Source: Caecitellus pseudoparvulus (taxonomy: Eukaryota > Protista > Bigyra: Bicosoecida). Taken from it: a DNA stretch of 64,000 nt. The notes under the pieces were generated by a model, which worked only from the letters and a program-made list of their open reading frames with translations, ran no database searches and was not told where the DNA came from. The position numbers were made by a program, and so were the translations under genes. Positions within the stretch are counted from its first letter, which is position 1. Each line of letters begins with the position of its first letter. Location: contig CBFFRQ010000062.1 in NCBI GenBank assembly GCA_965644315.1, positions 496,087 through 560,086 of the forward strand, read 5' to 3'. This document shows positions 32,427 to 44,447 of the stretch, in pieces.

Positions 32427-35400
32427 TCAAGGCCAGGCCGCGGCACCAGGGCGCATGGCCCCACCCACAGAGCGATGCTCCTCACCGAGGGCGGGTTTCG
32501 GGAACTGCCCCAGCACCCTGGCCACGAGGTGGGACGCCAACGGGCTGCCGAGGTGCATGAGGGAGTGCAGGACGCCCCACTGCAGGTCCACGTGGGGGGA
32601 GCCAGAGTGCGCCCCCGTCACCCGCATGAGCAGGTCGGGCGGAAGGGTGTGCCCGTCGCCGTCGGCGAGGGCGCGGAGGACGGTGGGGGAGCAGTGGGGC
32701 TCGTCGCCGCCTACCACGCGCCGCATGATGGAGGTGATAGCGGGCACGGGGCCGTCGTCAGCCAGCACCGCCTCCAGCACTGCATGCACGACGGGCGCCG
32801 TGGACGCCGCCAGTGTGGCTGGGGAGGCTGCTTGCCCCACCCGTTGCAGCGCTGCCTGGTGGGCGGGTGGCTGGCCCAGCGCCAGCAGGCGGATGAGGTG
32901 TGCGAGGACTTCCGCCAAGCCGCGGGCAGTGGAGGCGGCTGGCTCGCCGTCCCCCGCCTTGGCGCGGCGCAGGGCAGTGCGCCACAGCGCCACCACGTGG
33001 GGCACGGCCCTAGCGAAGTCCCCTGCTCTGTCCAGCAGTGCCGCACACAGGTGCTGGGCAGCCAGCACCGCGCCCTCTGCGTCCTCCTCCACGGCGCTGT
33101 CACCGTCGGCCAGCGCCAAGTTCCGCGCGGCCTGGGCCGCAGCCAGCGCCTGCAGCGCCGAAGTCAGGGCAGCCTTGGCGTCCTTGGCTTTGTGCTGGAT
33201 GCAGGCCATGGCCCGGTGCAGCACCGCCTGCGTGAGGGCGCTGCGGGGCGTCAGGGAGGGCGCCTTGCTGGCCAGCACCAGCGCCCGCAGGATGGGCGCC
33301 GTGCCGGCGGTCAAGTTGCCGCAGCTCACGGCGGCCAGGCCAGCTTGGGCGTACAAGGGCTGCAGTGCGGCGTGCGCCGGCCCCAGCATGGTTGCACACG
33401 CCGCACTGGCGCCCTGCAGGAGGGGCAGGGCGGGGGCGGCCTGGGCCTGGACCAGCAGCGCTGAGCCGTGAGCGGCGTCCAGGAGGGGCGCGTGGATGTG
33501 CGCTGGGCCTAGGACCAGCCGCGCCATGTGCTGCGTGGCAGCGAGGGCGGCCGCCGCACAGGCCCCGCTGCCTGCCACGGCTGCCGCCTGGCCCAGCACG
33601 CCCAGCAGGCGCACGGCCAGGGGAGTTCTGAGGTCGCCCACTGCAGCCAGGCCCTCCAGGGCCACTGCCGCACTGTTGTCACCGTTGCCCTGCGCCAGCT
33701 CCACGCGGGCTGCTGTCAGGGCGGCAGCCCCCACAGCCTGCTGCAGACGGTAGGTGCTGATGGGCACGCCGTGCTGGGAGGGTGGCGGGCTGCCTGCTAG
33801 GAGGGCGGCCTGGGCCAACGCCAGGCGCAAGTGCGCGGCATCTGCTGCCGGGCCTAGCGTGCCTGCCGCCAGGTACTCCTCCACTGACGCGGCGAGGGCC
33901 GCCCGCTCCGGGGCGTGGGGGTGAGGGTCCAGGCACTTGTGTGTGGCGGGGAGGGTGGTGAGGGACGCCAGGTGCACGGGGGTGCCGCTGCGCCAGTCCA
34001 GGGCTGGCGCGCCAGCCAGGGCAGTCAGGGACGCCGTCAAGGCGTCAGTCCAGGGCGAGCTGGGAGTGGGTCGAGGCAGGGCAGGGTCCCCCACTCGCAA
34101 GGCCACGCCGCAGTGGTGCTGCAGCGCGGCGAGCAGGGCGCCCTTGAATGCACCAGTGGCAGTGAACTGGGGCTGGGGCGGCGTGGTGGCCAGCTGCAGG
34201 GTGTACTGGAACTGGCGCTGCACGCCGGGTACGAGGACGTTGCGGTGGAAGGCAGCGGCATCCGGCCCCGCGCCCAGGCACAGGTTGAACACGTCCGCCG
34301 TCTCCAGCAAGATGCCCCGCGCGACGCTGCCGTGTGGCGCGCCGTGCCCCGCGCCTGTGGCGTGGTGGGCAGCGGCAAGCGAGCCGAGGAACGCTGCGAG
34401 GCGGCGCGTGAGGACGCCCTTGGCGATGCGAGCGACCATGTCCACCTCGCACAGACTGCGGGCGGGCTCGGCAGTGGCCTTGGCAGCGACGGCGCCCAGG
34501 TAGCGCATGTTCACGCCGTGGGAGTGGAAGAGGCGGGCCAGGCTGGCGGCGTCCCCTGGCGCCACGTGCAGGGCGCTGAGGGCGTCGGCCAGGGCAGGCA
34601 CCAGGCGGCCCGCCAGCACCTTGGACACCAGCCCCGCCGCCGCATCGTGCTGCCCCGCGTCGGGCGCCTCCCCGATGCGGGGCAGGTCCGTGCTGCCCGG
34701 GGCGCCCGCCGCGCCCCACAAACTGCGGTGGGAGGCGGCAGAGGCGAAGCTGTCAGCGGAGAGGGGCGTGGCGGGGGCACCCACGTCGGCCAGGGCGCCG
34801 TGTGCCGAGGCAGTGACCAACTCCGGCCGCAGCAGGCGCACGGCGTGGTCGGCTGGCACGCCGCCGGGCGCATCGGGGGGCATCAGGCGAGCCGCGCCAA
34901 ACGCGTAGAAGCGGCGGTCGAAGCCCAGGTGCACGGTGAGGCCCACACACAGCGGCAGCGCCACTTGCCGCGCCGCGAGGGAGGTGGGGGAGGGCTGGGG
35001 CAGCAGCATGTCCTTGGCGGGGGGAGCGGGTGCGGCCTGTGGCGACCCGTACGTCAGCAGTGTCGCGGCGTGTGGGGCCAGGCCCAGGCCCTTGCCCACG
35101 TGGCCCAGCATGGTGGTCAGGGGCGGGCACCGCTGCTGGAAGGGCTGCCCGTCCCCGCTGCGCCCGTGCACGAGTGTGGCGGCGCCGTCGTCAAGCTCGG
35201 GGATGCCCACCATGGCCAGGATGCGCAGGCCGCCCACGTCGATGGTGGCGGCGAGGGCGGTGCACAGGGGGGGCGGCCGGCGTGCGGCAGGGCGCGTGTC
35301 TGGGCGCCCCGCCCGCTTCAGCCACGTGGTCACGAGGGCCGCCGCCTGGCCCCGCAGGAGGGACAGGTGCCGCACCTCTGCCGCAGCCACCTTGCCTGCC

Positions 35401-38400
35401 ACCACGTCGTCGTCCAGAGTGCCTGCTGGCGCCTGCACCTGGCCGCTGCCGTGAGCTGGGCGAGCAGCGAGGGCAGCTGCTGGCACACCCCGCGCCACAC
35501 GCAGCACCATGCCCTCTGTCGCGTACAGCAGCTGCCCTGCCGTGGCAGCGTCTGGGGACTCTCCCGCGGAGCTGTCAGCGTCAGAGTCGGCGTCGGAGTC
35601 GTCACCCGTGGACAGGAAGCCCTGCAGCGTGCGCTGGTGGGGCGGCAGGGGCCACTCCAGTGCAATGGTGGTGGCGGCGGCGGCGGCGGTGGCCAGGAAT
35701 CGCCCACGGAAGACACGCAGCACGAGGGCCTTGGCCACAGCTGCAGAGAACGTCCACTCCTGCCCCTCCACAAGGCGTTGGTAGGTGGCGTTCCACTGCT
35801 CCGCCTGCAGCGGCAGCGTGGCCACCTCTTGCACCAGCCCCAGCAGGCTGCCTGGCGCCGGCACGGCGTCCCGCGCCACCTCCCCCACCGCCACCATGCG
35901 CCTGTCAGCGGCGGAGGCGAGGACATCCGCCATGGCGGGGCCGTCCCCCGCCAGGGCGTGTGGCGCTTTGGCCCTCCCGGCTGCCGCGGCGGCTTGCGCC
36001 TGCATGGTGGGCGTCACGTCCAGTGCCGCTGCCTGGGGCGTGGTGAGTTCCCAGCCAAAGGCACGCCCCAGGCCGATGCCTGAGGGTGCGCGGTGGTACC
36101 GGGCAGCAGTGGCCACGGCTGGCTGTGTCGCCATGCAGGCGACGAGGGGCGTGTGGGACACGGGGCTGCCGTGTGCCCCGAGCAACGCGGCGTGCTGCGT
36201 CACCAGCGCCGCCGGTGTGACGTGGTGGGCGAGGGGGGGCAGCGGCATGGGCGGCAGAGCCTGGGGGGGGGACATGGGGGGGGGTCTGGCAGACGGGAGG
36301 GGGGGTGCGGGCTCGCCGTCTCCGTGTGGTAAGAAGGCCTGCGCTGCGGCGGGGGCGGCAGCGTCTGCCTGGGGCTGCCTCCGAGGCGCCGGTGGGGACG
36401 CCAGCTGCATCTGGGCACCCTGTGGCGTCGTGTGGGGCGATGGGCCGGGTGCCGCGTCCCCACCAGCAGGCGGGTGGCTTGGCTGGTGGGCACGGTACTT
36501 GGCGAGCCAGTCCGATGCAGCGCCAGGGGGGAGAGGGGCGAGTTGCCGAGAGGGAGCAGGGGTGCTGTGCTGCTGAGGCGTGGTGAGGGTGGCGGCCTGG
36601 GCCAGGGCAGCGTCCAGGCTGGCCACGACAGAGGCCATGCCGGCGCCGGGCGCCTGGGACTGGCGCTCAGTGACGGCGAGAGGGGAGGCACGCCCCTCCT
36701 CTGGCGAGTCAGCGGCAGCCTTTTGCTCAGTGTGCGCCGATGGGGGAGGGCTGGGCGGGTCAGCGGGCGCGGCAGGGCGCCCCCCGCCCTCGGCCCACCA
36801 CTGCGCAAAGGCGCGCTGGGTGACGAAGCCCCGCCCGGCAGGGTCCAGCGTGCGTACGAGGGCGGGGGACTCTGCCGCAGGGGGGGGCAGGTCACCCCCC
36901 AGCGCCGCCACGAGAGCAGGCAGCGCTGGGAGGGGCAGGACACCCCCTGTGTGGGAGGTGTGCTGTGCCCACACATGCCGCATCTTGCCGGGGCTCCGCT
37001 GGCGGGCTGGGCTGCGCAGGGGGGCCCCCTCGCTCGGGGGGCGCGGCCGCCGCGTGTCGGGCGACGTGGCGGCCGCGACCTGGTCTGCCGCCGCCTGGGC
37101 CGCCTGGGCAGCCTCCCGCAGTGCATGCAGCATGCCTTGTCCCTCTGGAGACAGCGCATGCGAGTGCTGGGCAGTGCGGGGTGACATGGTACTGCCCAGG
37201 GGGCCGTGAGACGCCGTCGGCGTGCTGGCGCCAGACGTGGCGGGGGTTGTGTCCTCGCTGCCCGCGACAGCCCCCCCTGCGCGCCCCGAGCCGATGAGCG
37301 GCATGCGCGTGGCCTGGCTACCCGTCGCTGGTGTCTGCCCTGCGCCGCCCCCTCGGGGGTATCCCTGTGACGGCGAGGGCTGTGCCGCCGCTGGGCCATC
37401 TGAGGCAGGCACATCCTGCTCCGCCTGCGGTGGGGGCGGCGGGGCGACCGCAGCGCCCGGAGGCGCAGGCACTGGCGCCAGCGTCGTGCCGTGGATGTCA
37501 GCGCCAGCAGGCAGCACGCCGCGGGCCCCCCGAGCGCGCTGCTTGGCTGCACGGTCCATGGCGGTCTGGCTGCCGCCGCCCACGCCCGATGTGTGGCGGG
37601 GGGACCGCCCCATGTGTGCTTCCCGTGCAGAGCGAGCCCTGTGCCCCCCCCGCACCTGCCCCGACAGCGGCACGGCAGCGTGGGCGGTAATGACGCCCCC
37701 CGCCTCCTTCGCAGCGTGCGGCCCGCCAAACGCCGCGGCGCCTACAGCGCCGTGCCGCCCTCCTGACGTGGGGTCGCCGCCGTGGCCGATGCCGGGCGCT
37801 GACAACAGGGCTGTGGGCGGCGTGGGCATGGGCAGCACGGCGGCGTTGCCTGAGGAGGCGTTCATGGCGGGGGGCGCGTCTGCGACGGCAGGCACGCTGG
37901 GGGTGGCAGACGTGGGGTGCGTGGAGGAGGCGGTGGCGGTGGCGGTGGCGGTGGGGCCAGCGGATGCCTCCGCCTGCGCTGCCACGGCCACCTGGCTGAC
38001 AGCCACTGAGCGGGGAGCCGGCTTGGCGCGGCCTGACGCTGCTGCGGGGCGCTGCGGCGCAGGCGCCGGTCGCGCGCCTGCCAGCCCGCCCAGGGGATTG
38101 GCGCTGGGAGCGGGCTGCGGGCTGGACTGAGGGGGCGGCGCGGGGGCGGCTGCCGTTTGCGGGGGGAGGGGGGCTGTCCCGCGTCCCGCCTCGTGGGCTG
38201 GCGGTGGAGGTGGTTGGCGCTGGGCTGGCTCTGCGTGGCGCGGGGGGGGGGGTGGCGCCCCGTGCCCCTGCCCAGGGGGCGCCGGAGGCGTAGGCGCACT
38301 GCCGTCTCCCCCTTGGGGGGGGGGTGGTGGCGTCGGCTTGGGGGGCTGAGCGGCGGGCGGTGCTGGCGCCTGCGCCGTCTCCTCAGCCCCCGCTGCCCCT

Positions 38401-39389
38401 GACGGCGGGGGGCGCTCTGCCGCTGTCGGCTGCTGCTGCTCGGCAGGCGCAGGCACACCCGTCCCAGCAGCAGCAGCCGCTGCCGCTGCAGCCGCCGCCG
38501 CCGCCGCTGACGCTCCCGTGGGCTCCTCGCTGTCGGCGGACATGCCTGAAAGGACGCTGCCGTCTTCGAAGGGGCTGAACTTGAGCGTGCCGCCGCCGTC
38601 GTACATGCGGCCGTCCTTCTCCAGGTTCCACCCCTGCTCCGCGGCGTAGTTGGCCATTTGGCAGTAGTCAGTCAGCGTGTCGCGCCACAGGATGTACTCT
38701 TGCAGGTCATTGGCAGCCAGTGCGATCTGCTCCTTGGGCGGGCGCAGGTGGTCTGCGTCAGAGCCCTCCTCCAGGTCCCGGGGGTCGGGCACGAACAGGC
38801 GCATGATGTAGGGCACGGCGTCATCCCCGAACTGTGCAGGGCGCAGAGCAGTGCAGGTTGACCTGCTCGCTAACGCCACTTGCAGCTGGGCCGTACCTCT
38901 GACTCGCCCACTTCCTCGCACATGGTGTGCGCTTGCAGGTCAATGATGCGCCGAGGCTTCTCCCCGATGGGCGGCTTGTCGGAGCGCTGCGGAGAGCCAT
39001 GGCGCCGTGTGCAGGGGGTGCAACGCTGGCTGCAGTGGACAGGTGCAATTTCCGCAGCGCGCACACCGTACCTTGTAAATGTGCACTTCCACAGCCTCCA
39101 CGACGACCCATCGTTCCTCCCACTTGCCCCCTCGAATGAGGTTCGGCTTGGTGTACTGCAGGGGCAGAGCGCGCAGGGCGCTGTCCGCTGAGTCGGCGCC
39201 AGCCCGCGCTGCCGTGCACGCTCACCTTGCGCAACAACCCCTCCAGCACGATGTTGTCCGGCTGGTACGCTGCACAGGAAGGTCGGAAGGGGGAGTGGGT
39301 GCCACGCATGCCACATGTAGGCCGTGCCTGGTGTGGTGCTGGGCCCTGCCGCAGCACTCGCAGCCCAGCGCCGCGCACGCACTGGTCAT
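32427..39389 (-). CDS. Clu-domain (clustered mitochondria-like) protein with N-terminal PH domain, Pro/Ala-rich linker, EF-hand-like motif, CLU-central and TPR-like tail
   Basis: ATG in GCCACCATG context at 39389. Small exons build a PH fold (VLEGLLRK, WEERWVVV, IIDL, LAAND...W). Clu motifs: AATIDVGGLRILAM, HLGFDRRFYAFGAARLMPP, LLRPELV, FHSHGVNMRYLG, DMVARIAK. Confidence 0.8.
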
Positions 39390-39579
39390 GGTGGCGGGTC
39401 AACGCTTGCGCCCGCCAGGCCTCTTCCTTCACTGCTGAACCCCGCTCCAGGCCGTGGGGGTGGTGGTTGGGCTATCGCTTCCTTACAGTGTGCATTGTGC
39501 CTGGTGCGGCAGATTTGCCCGGCACCGCTCCCTGCACCGCCCGCGTTCCTGCGTTGCTGCCAGGTGTCACACACTGAGC

Positions 39580-40812
39580 TTACCGCGCCACGGCCACCTT
39601 CACAGCCGCCTCCAGCGCAGTGGCGGGGCACGCCGCTGCCTTGAGCTCTGCTGCTGGCTGCGCCTCGTCGGGCCGAGCTCGGCTGGTTTCGTGGGGGCAC
39701 AGTGCCTGGCCCAGTGCCCTGCGGGCATCCCCAACGTGCTCGCCGCCGCCCCGCTCCCCGGCACCCCACTCCGTGCTGAAGAACACCATGAGCCCCATCA
39801 TCAACGGCAGGTACCAGAGACTCCACAAGAACACCCGCCTCGCCCCCGCATCGTCGGGCGCCTTGGCAAACGCCGCCGTCGTGTACAGCGCGTAGGCGTT
39901 GATGGGCGCCGCACACACCGCGAACATGGGACTGGTGACTCCCCCTGCAACGCAGAGGAAGGGCAGGGCTGCCAGCCCCGCTGTGTGTGCCAGCGACCAC
40001 TTGCCGATGGCTGTGCCAGTCGGCTCTGTCACGCTGAGCATGGCGTACCCGCCAGCTGCGTAGTCGGCACGGTGGCGCCAGGCCAGTGCGTAAAAGTGCG
40101 GCATCTGCCACAGGTGCAGCAGGGCGGCGGCTGCCAGGGCGCCGGGGGCCAGAGCTGTGCCTGTGGCGGCGGCCCAGCCCATGAGGGGGGGTATAGCGCC
40201 CACCACAGCCCCCACGTCTGTGTTCCAGGGGGTGACTTTCTTCAGGGGCGTGTACACGGCAGAGTACAGGGCGATGTTGCCCAGGCCCAGCGCTGTCGTG
40301 AGGGGGTTCGTGCCAGCTGCCAGCACCGCCGCTGCGCCAGCTGCCGTGGCCAGCCCGAAGCCAGTCGCGTGTTGGCGCGAGATGCGGCCGGAGGGCAGGG
40401 GCCGTGCCCGTGTGCGTGCCATGCGGGCGTCTGATGCCACCTCGTACAGCTGGTTCCACGTGTTGGCGGAGGCTGACGCGAGGAGCGTGCCCACTGTGAC
40501 TGCCGCCAGGCTCTGCCAGTCTGCCACCGGCCCCGCCATGACGAAGCCCATGGTGGCTGTGCCAGCGACAAAGGCAGACAGGCGCACCTTGGACAGTTGC
40601 AAGTACATGCGGGAGAGCCGTGACAGGGTCAAGGGCTTGGGGCGGCGCCGTCTGGGGACGGCTGCCGCCTGACGCACGTCTGATGCAGGTGCGGAAGTTG
40701 GCAGCGAGGCGCACACCGGCGAGCAACACAGCACGCGGGCTGGCGCTGGTGCACGCGCAGCACGCAGCGCTGCACGCAGCAGGTGCAGCGATCGGTGCTG
40801 TATGACTGCCAT
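39580..40812 (-). CDS. COX10: Protoheme IX farnesyltransferase (heme O synthase)
   Basis: Motifs YLQLSKVRLS, ANTWNQLYEVASDARMARTRARPLPSG, YTPLKK, VGAVVGAIPPLMGW, LWQMPHFYAL and DYAAGGY; Arg/Ala-rich presequence. Confidence 0.95.
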   Translation of the reverse strand: MAVIQHRSLHLLRAALRAARAPAPARVLCCSPVCASLPTSAPASDVRQAAAVPRRRRPKPLTLSRLSRMYLQLSKVRLSAFVAGTATMGFVMAGPVADWQSLAAVTVGTLLASASANTWNQLYEVASDARMARTRARPLPSGRISRQHATGFGLATAAGAAAVLAAGTNPLTTALGLGNIALYSAVYTPLKKVTPWNTDVGAVVGAIPPLMGWAAATGTALAPGALAAAALLHLWQMPHFYALAWRHRADYAAGGYAMLSVTEPTGTAIGKWSLAHTAGLAALPFLCVAGGVTSPMFAVCAAPINAYALYTTAAFAKAPDDAGARRVFLWSLWYLPLMMGLMVFFSTEWGAGERGGGEHVGDARRALGQALCPHETSRARPDEAQPAAELKAAACPATALEAAVKVAVAR

Positions 40813-40999
40813 GGGTTGCCTGTGGGGAGGGCGCTGGGCCCAGCTGGGCTCGTTCCGGCGCCTGCTGCCGTTTCGCGTGCGCTGCGCAGCTGATGGGCAA
40901 GCACGCCCGAGGGCAAGAGAGGTGGGGGCAGCAGGCACAGCCACGTAAGTGCCACCAGTTTGTACACAAAAGTGCTGACAGCGATGCATTGCCGCAGGT

Positions 41000-43280
41000 C
41001 TACTCTGCAATGGTCATGATGTTGGCGCCGCCGACGGCAGCAAAGGCCGCATCAGCTGGCGCAGCACCGGCGCTCTCCCCCGCCTCCACCGCCGAAATCT
41101 TGCGCCGCAGCAACTCCCGCAGGGCGACGAACTGCTTGCGTTGCTTGGCGTGCGAGCCGGCGTTCTCCTTCAGGTCCTTCTGCTTGGCGCGCAGGCTCTT
41201 GGCCATCTGCTCCTGCTGCTCCAGCTTGCCCTTGTACACCGCCTCCCACGAGGGGAAGTCTCGCAGGAGACGGGAGGAGCCAGACCGGAAACCCGCCTCT
41301 GCCGTGGCCCGGGCCACCTGCTCCTCCAGCACCTTCAGCTGGATGGAGCTGGAGTGGAACGTGCGCTCCTGCTCCCGCACGCCGCCTTCCATCTCAGCCA
41401 CCTGCTTGGCCAGGTCCATGCGCTGGGCGTCGAACTTGGCGGCCGCTGCGTCGTACTTGCGCTTGGCAGCCATGTACTCACTCTCCACGTCCGCGTGCTG
41501 CTCCCGCACAGACTTGAGCTCCGTCACCTGCGGCTGCAGCTGGTCCTTGCAAGCGGCGATCTTGGCGGTGATGATGCCGACGATGCGGGAGATCTCCTGC
41601 AGCGTCGCGCCCTTGTAGTCATTCACCACCGCCGCCTCAGCCGACACCTTCTCCTTGGCCGCCTGCACGCCCATGTACCCTGTGATGCCGCGCTGCTCCT
41701 CCAGCTTGGCCAGCACGGCATCCACGCCAGTTGCACGGCTTTTCAAGGTGGACACGGTCTTGCTCAGCACGACGCCCTCACTGCGCAGTGCGTTCAGCTT
41801 TTCGCGCAGGGCGCGGTAGGTGGCGGTCTTTTTCCGCAGCCCCTCCGCATACGCCTTAAACTCGTCCCGGCGCATGTAGTTGGGGCCGGAAATGGCCGAC
41901 ATGCGCGCCTCCAGCCCCTCTACTTCCCGCTCAGCCTCCTCCACCTCCATGCCCGCCTTGTCCAGTGCCAGCTCCTTGTCGGCGCGCTTGCGTGCCACCA
42001 GGGCGGCCTGCTGCCGGAACATGGCCAGTTTGTCGTCTCCAGCCGCACGCTGGGCCTCCGCCACCTTGGACGTCAGGTCGGCCACTGTGGCCTCCGCACG
42101 GGACACCTGTGCCCGCAACGCAGCAACTTCGGAGTCACTCTTGGGCGGCTCAGACAGCGCCCGTTGCAGGCGCGTCAACGTCGCTGACCGTGCCTTCAGC
42201 GTGTTGGGCAGCAGCGTCTCCACCAAGTGCCGCCCCTCGTCGAACTCCTTCCGGGCCGCCGCAAACACCTCCTCTGCAGACAGCTCCTCACGTGTGTTGG
42301 CTCGAGTCTCGGCTAGCTTGCGTGCCGCCTCCGCATACCTGCCCTCGGCAAGGTGCAGTGCCTGGCGCTGCTCCATGGCGCGCTCCGCCAGCTTGGCCTC
42401 CTCCTCCTGCTCTTTGCGCAGGGCGGAGGTGGCGGCCAGGAGCGGCGCGAAGCCGTCCACTTCGGATGTGCGTTTCTTCAGGCCCTCGATCTTCTCCACC
42501 AACTGCCGCCGCTCGTCCTCCAACTGTGTGATGTTGCTGCGGAGCTCCGACGGAGAAGCAGAAGCAGTCTTTCGCTGCGCCAGGGGGACGGGAGGGGTGA
42601 GCGGAGTGTGCCCCGCAGACGGTGCACGCGGCGTGGCTCTTGCGCCTGGCGTTGCGCTGGCGTTTCACGCACCAACGTTTCCAGCTGCTTGTGTGTCTCC
42701 CGGAACTCCAGTTGCAGCGCACGGTACTGCTGAAACGCCTCATTGCCAGCTGTGGGCCAATGGACATGGTGTGTTTCGAGGTGCGCACACGCAATCGCCC
42801 GCTGGCGCCGCCTGCCGCACCTTCATCTGCCAACAGCTCCGGAGGCACCTCCAGCGGCAGCAGGTACCGGGCCACATACGCGCGCTTCTTCAAGCTCTTG
42901 AACTTGGACAGCAAATAGTACAACACTGGGTACACTGCAGACTTGATGCCTCGACCCAGCGCGGCCTTGAAGGCGTCCCTGTGGCGTGGCGGCGCAGGTG
43001 CCAGCACGGCGAAGCGACGCCCAGCGAGGCGGCCGACGCACTCCTTGCCCTTGGGCACCTTGAACTTGAGGACGGAGAGGAACGTCACGATGCGCGTGCC
43101 ACGTTCCTCTTCGCTTTCGTCCCTGACGTCCTTCTTCTGGCGGTCGTCCAGCTCGGCGCAGACATCGCTCAGCACCTGCAGCAGTCCCTCGGGCGTTTTT
43201 TCGTCCAGCGCAACGAGGGACAGGCCCATGCTGAAGGGCGGCTCGTTGAGCCGGTCCTTGATCAACTTCAACTCTGCCAT
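41000..43280 (-). CDS. IFT81: Intraflagellar transport protein 81
   Basis: N-terminus MAELKLIKDRLNEPPF...FLSVLKF, LKKRAYVARYL, LRKEQEEE, DDKLAMFRQQA, EFKAYAEGLRKKT and KGATLQEIS; about three introns. Confidence 0.93.
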
Positions 43281-43681
43281 ATTGACCTGACTTCGTCCTC
43301 ACAGCACCCTTTCCCTGCTGGGGTCACTGGGCCAAGGCTGGTCCTCTGCCCGCCAGCAACGGCTGGCGTGTCTGCCTGGCCTCGCCTCGAAGCGGCTGAA
43401 GCGCAACGCAACGAACAGCAGCGTGACAGACAGCCACACTCAAGGCATCTTTTGGACGACCGATTGGATGTGGATGTATTTGCGCAGTGTGCCCGTTGCT
43501 CGGCAGGGGCGCAGGCCCCGCTGCAGGAAGCACAAAAAGGGGGGAATGCCAGCACTGGTTGGCAGCCACACCACCGGCTGCAGTGTGGCCGCTCGAGAAA
43601 GACGCAGGTGGAGCACTCGGAAATAAATGCCCTGCGCGGCGGCTGGGCACCAGCACCCTCACTCCATGCCTCGCACGCGTT

Positions 43682-44200
43682 TCATGCCTCGGCGCGCATC
43701 GCCATACCTGTGTCGTGAGGCGGTGCGGGGTCAGCGACAGCGCCAGCTGCAAGGGCAGGCAGTGCATGGCTACGCACCCGGCGTAGTCAGTGCTGCCGCC
43801 AGAGTGTCCCCGCATCAAGCCGGAAGACGCGTGCCTCGCCGAGTCCAGCGCCGCACCAGCACTCCTGCTGCTGGCCGAGAAGATGCGGTTCGCAGGGTCG
43901 CTGCTGCCGCTCTTGCGCACGGGGAGGGACTTTGAATCTGTGATGCCTTCCCAACCCTGTGCATGGCGCGGCCACGGTGGCTCAGTCAAGGCACGGGCGG
44001 CAAGGGTATGTGTGCGTTTCGCCGGCGTTGCGCACATGCACCAAATTGCCTGCCTGCTGTGCGTCATCCAGGTACCGCTTCTCCCTCTGGGCGATGGCTG
44101 CTTCGATGTGACCCAGAGAGACGCCGAGACTCTCTTGCATTTGCTGCATCTGCTTCAGCACCGTGGCAGCATCGGGCTGAGAGCCGGCTGCTCCAGCCAT
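43682..44200 (-). CDS. EAF6: Chromatin modification protein EAF6 (NuA4 subunit)-like
   Basis: IEAAIAQREKRYLDDAQQAGNLV plus GWEG...RIFSASS match the EAF6 pattern; the 3' exon is tentative. Confidence 0.7.
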
Positions 44201-44447
44201 GCTCGGCCGGTATCGAAAACGCAGCCGCAAGGCTGGGGGCAAGGGGCTGGCAGAGGGCAGGGGGGGTTGGTGCACAAGTACTCTGCCGCAAGAACAAATT
44301 CACGCAAACCAAGTCACAACACAGGGCCTGTGCATGCACCGCTCTCTGGTGGGTTTGATTTGTACCAGGCAGGCACAGACGCTGCACCTCGCCAAGCAAG
44401 GTCCAGAGGCCCCCCAGCCCGCCTGAGCTTCCGTGGCCTCCACAGCC

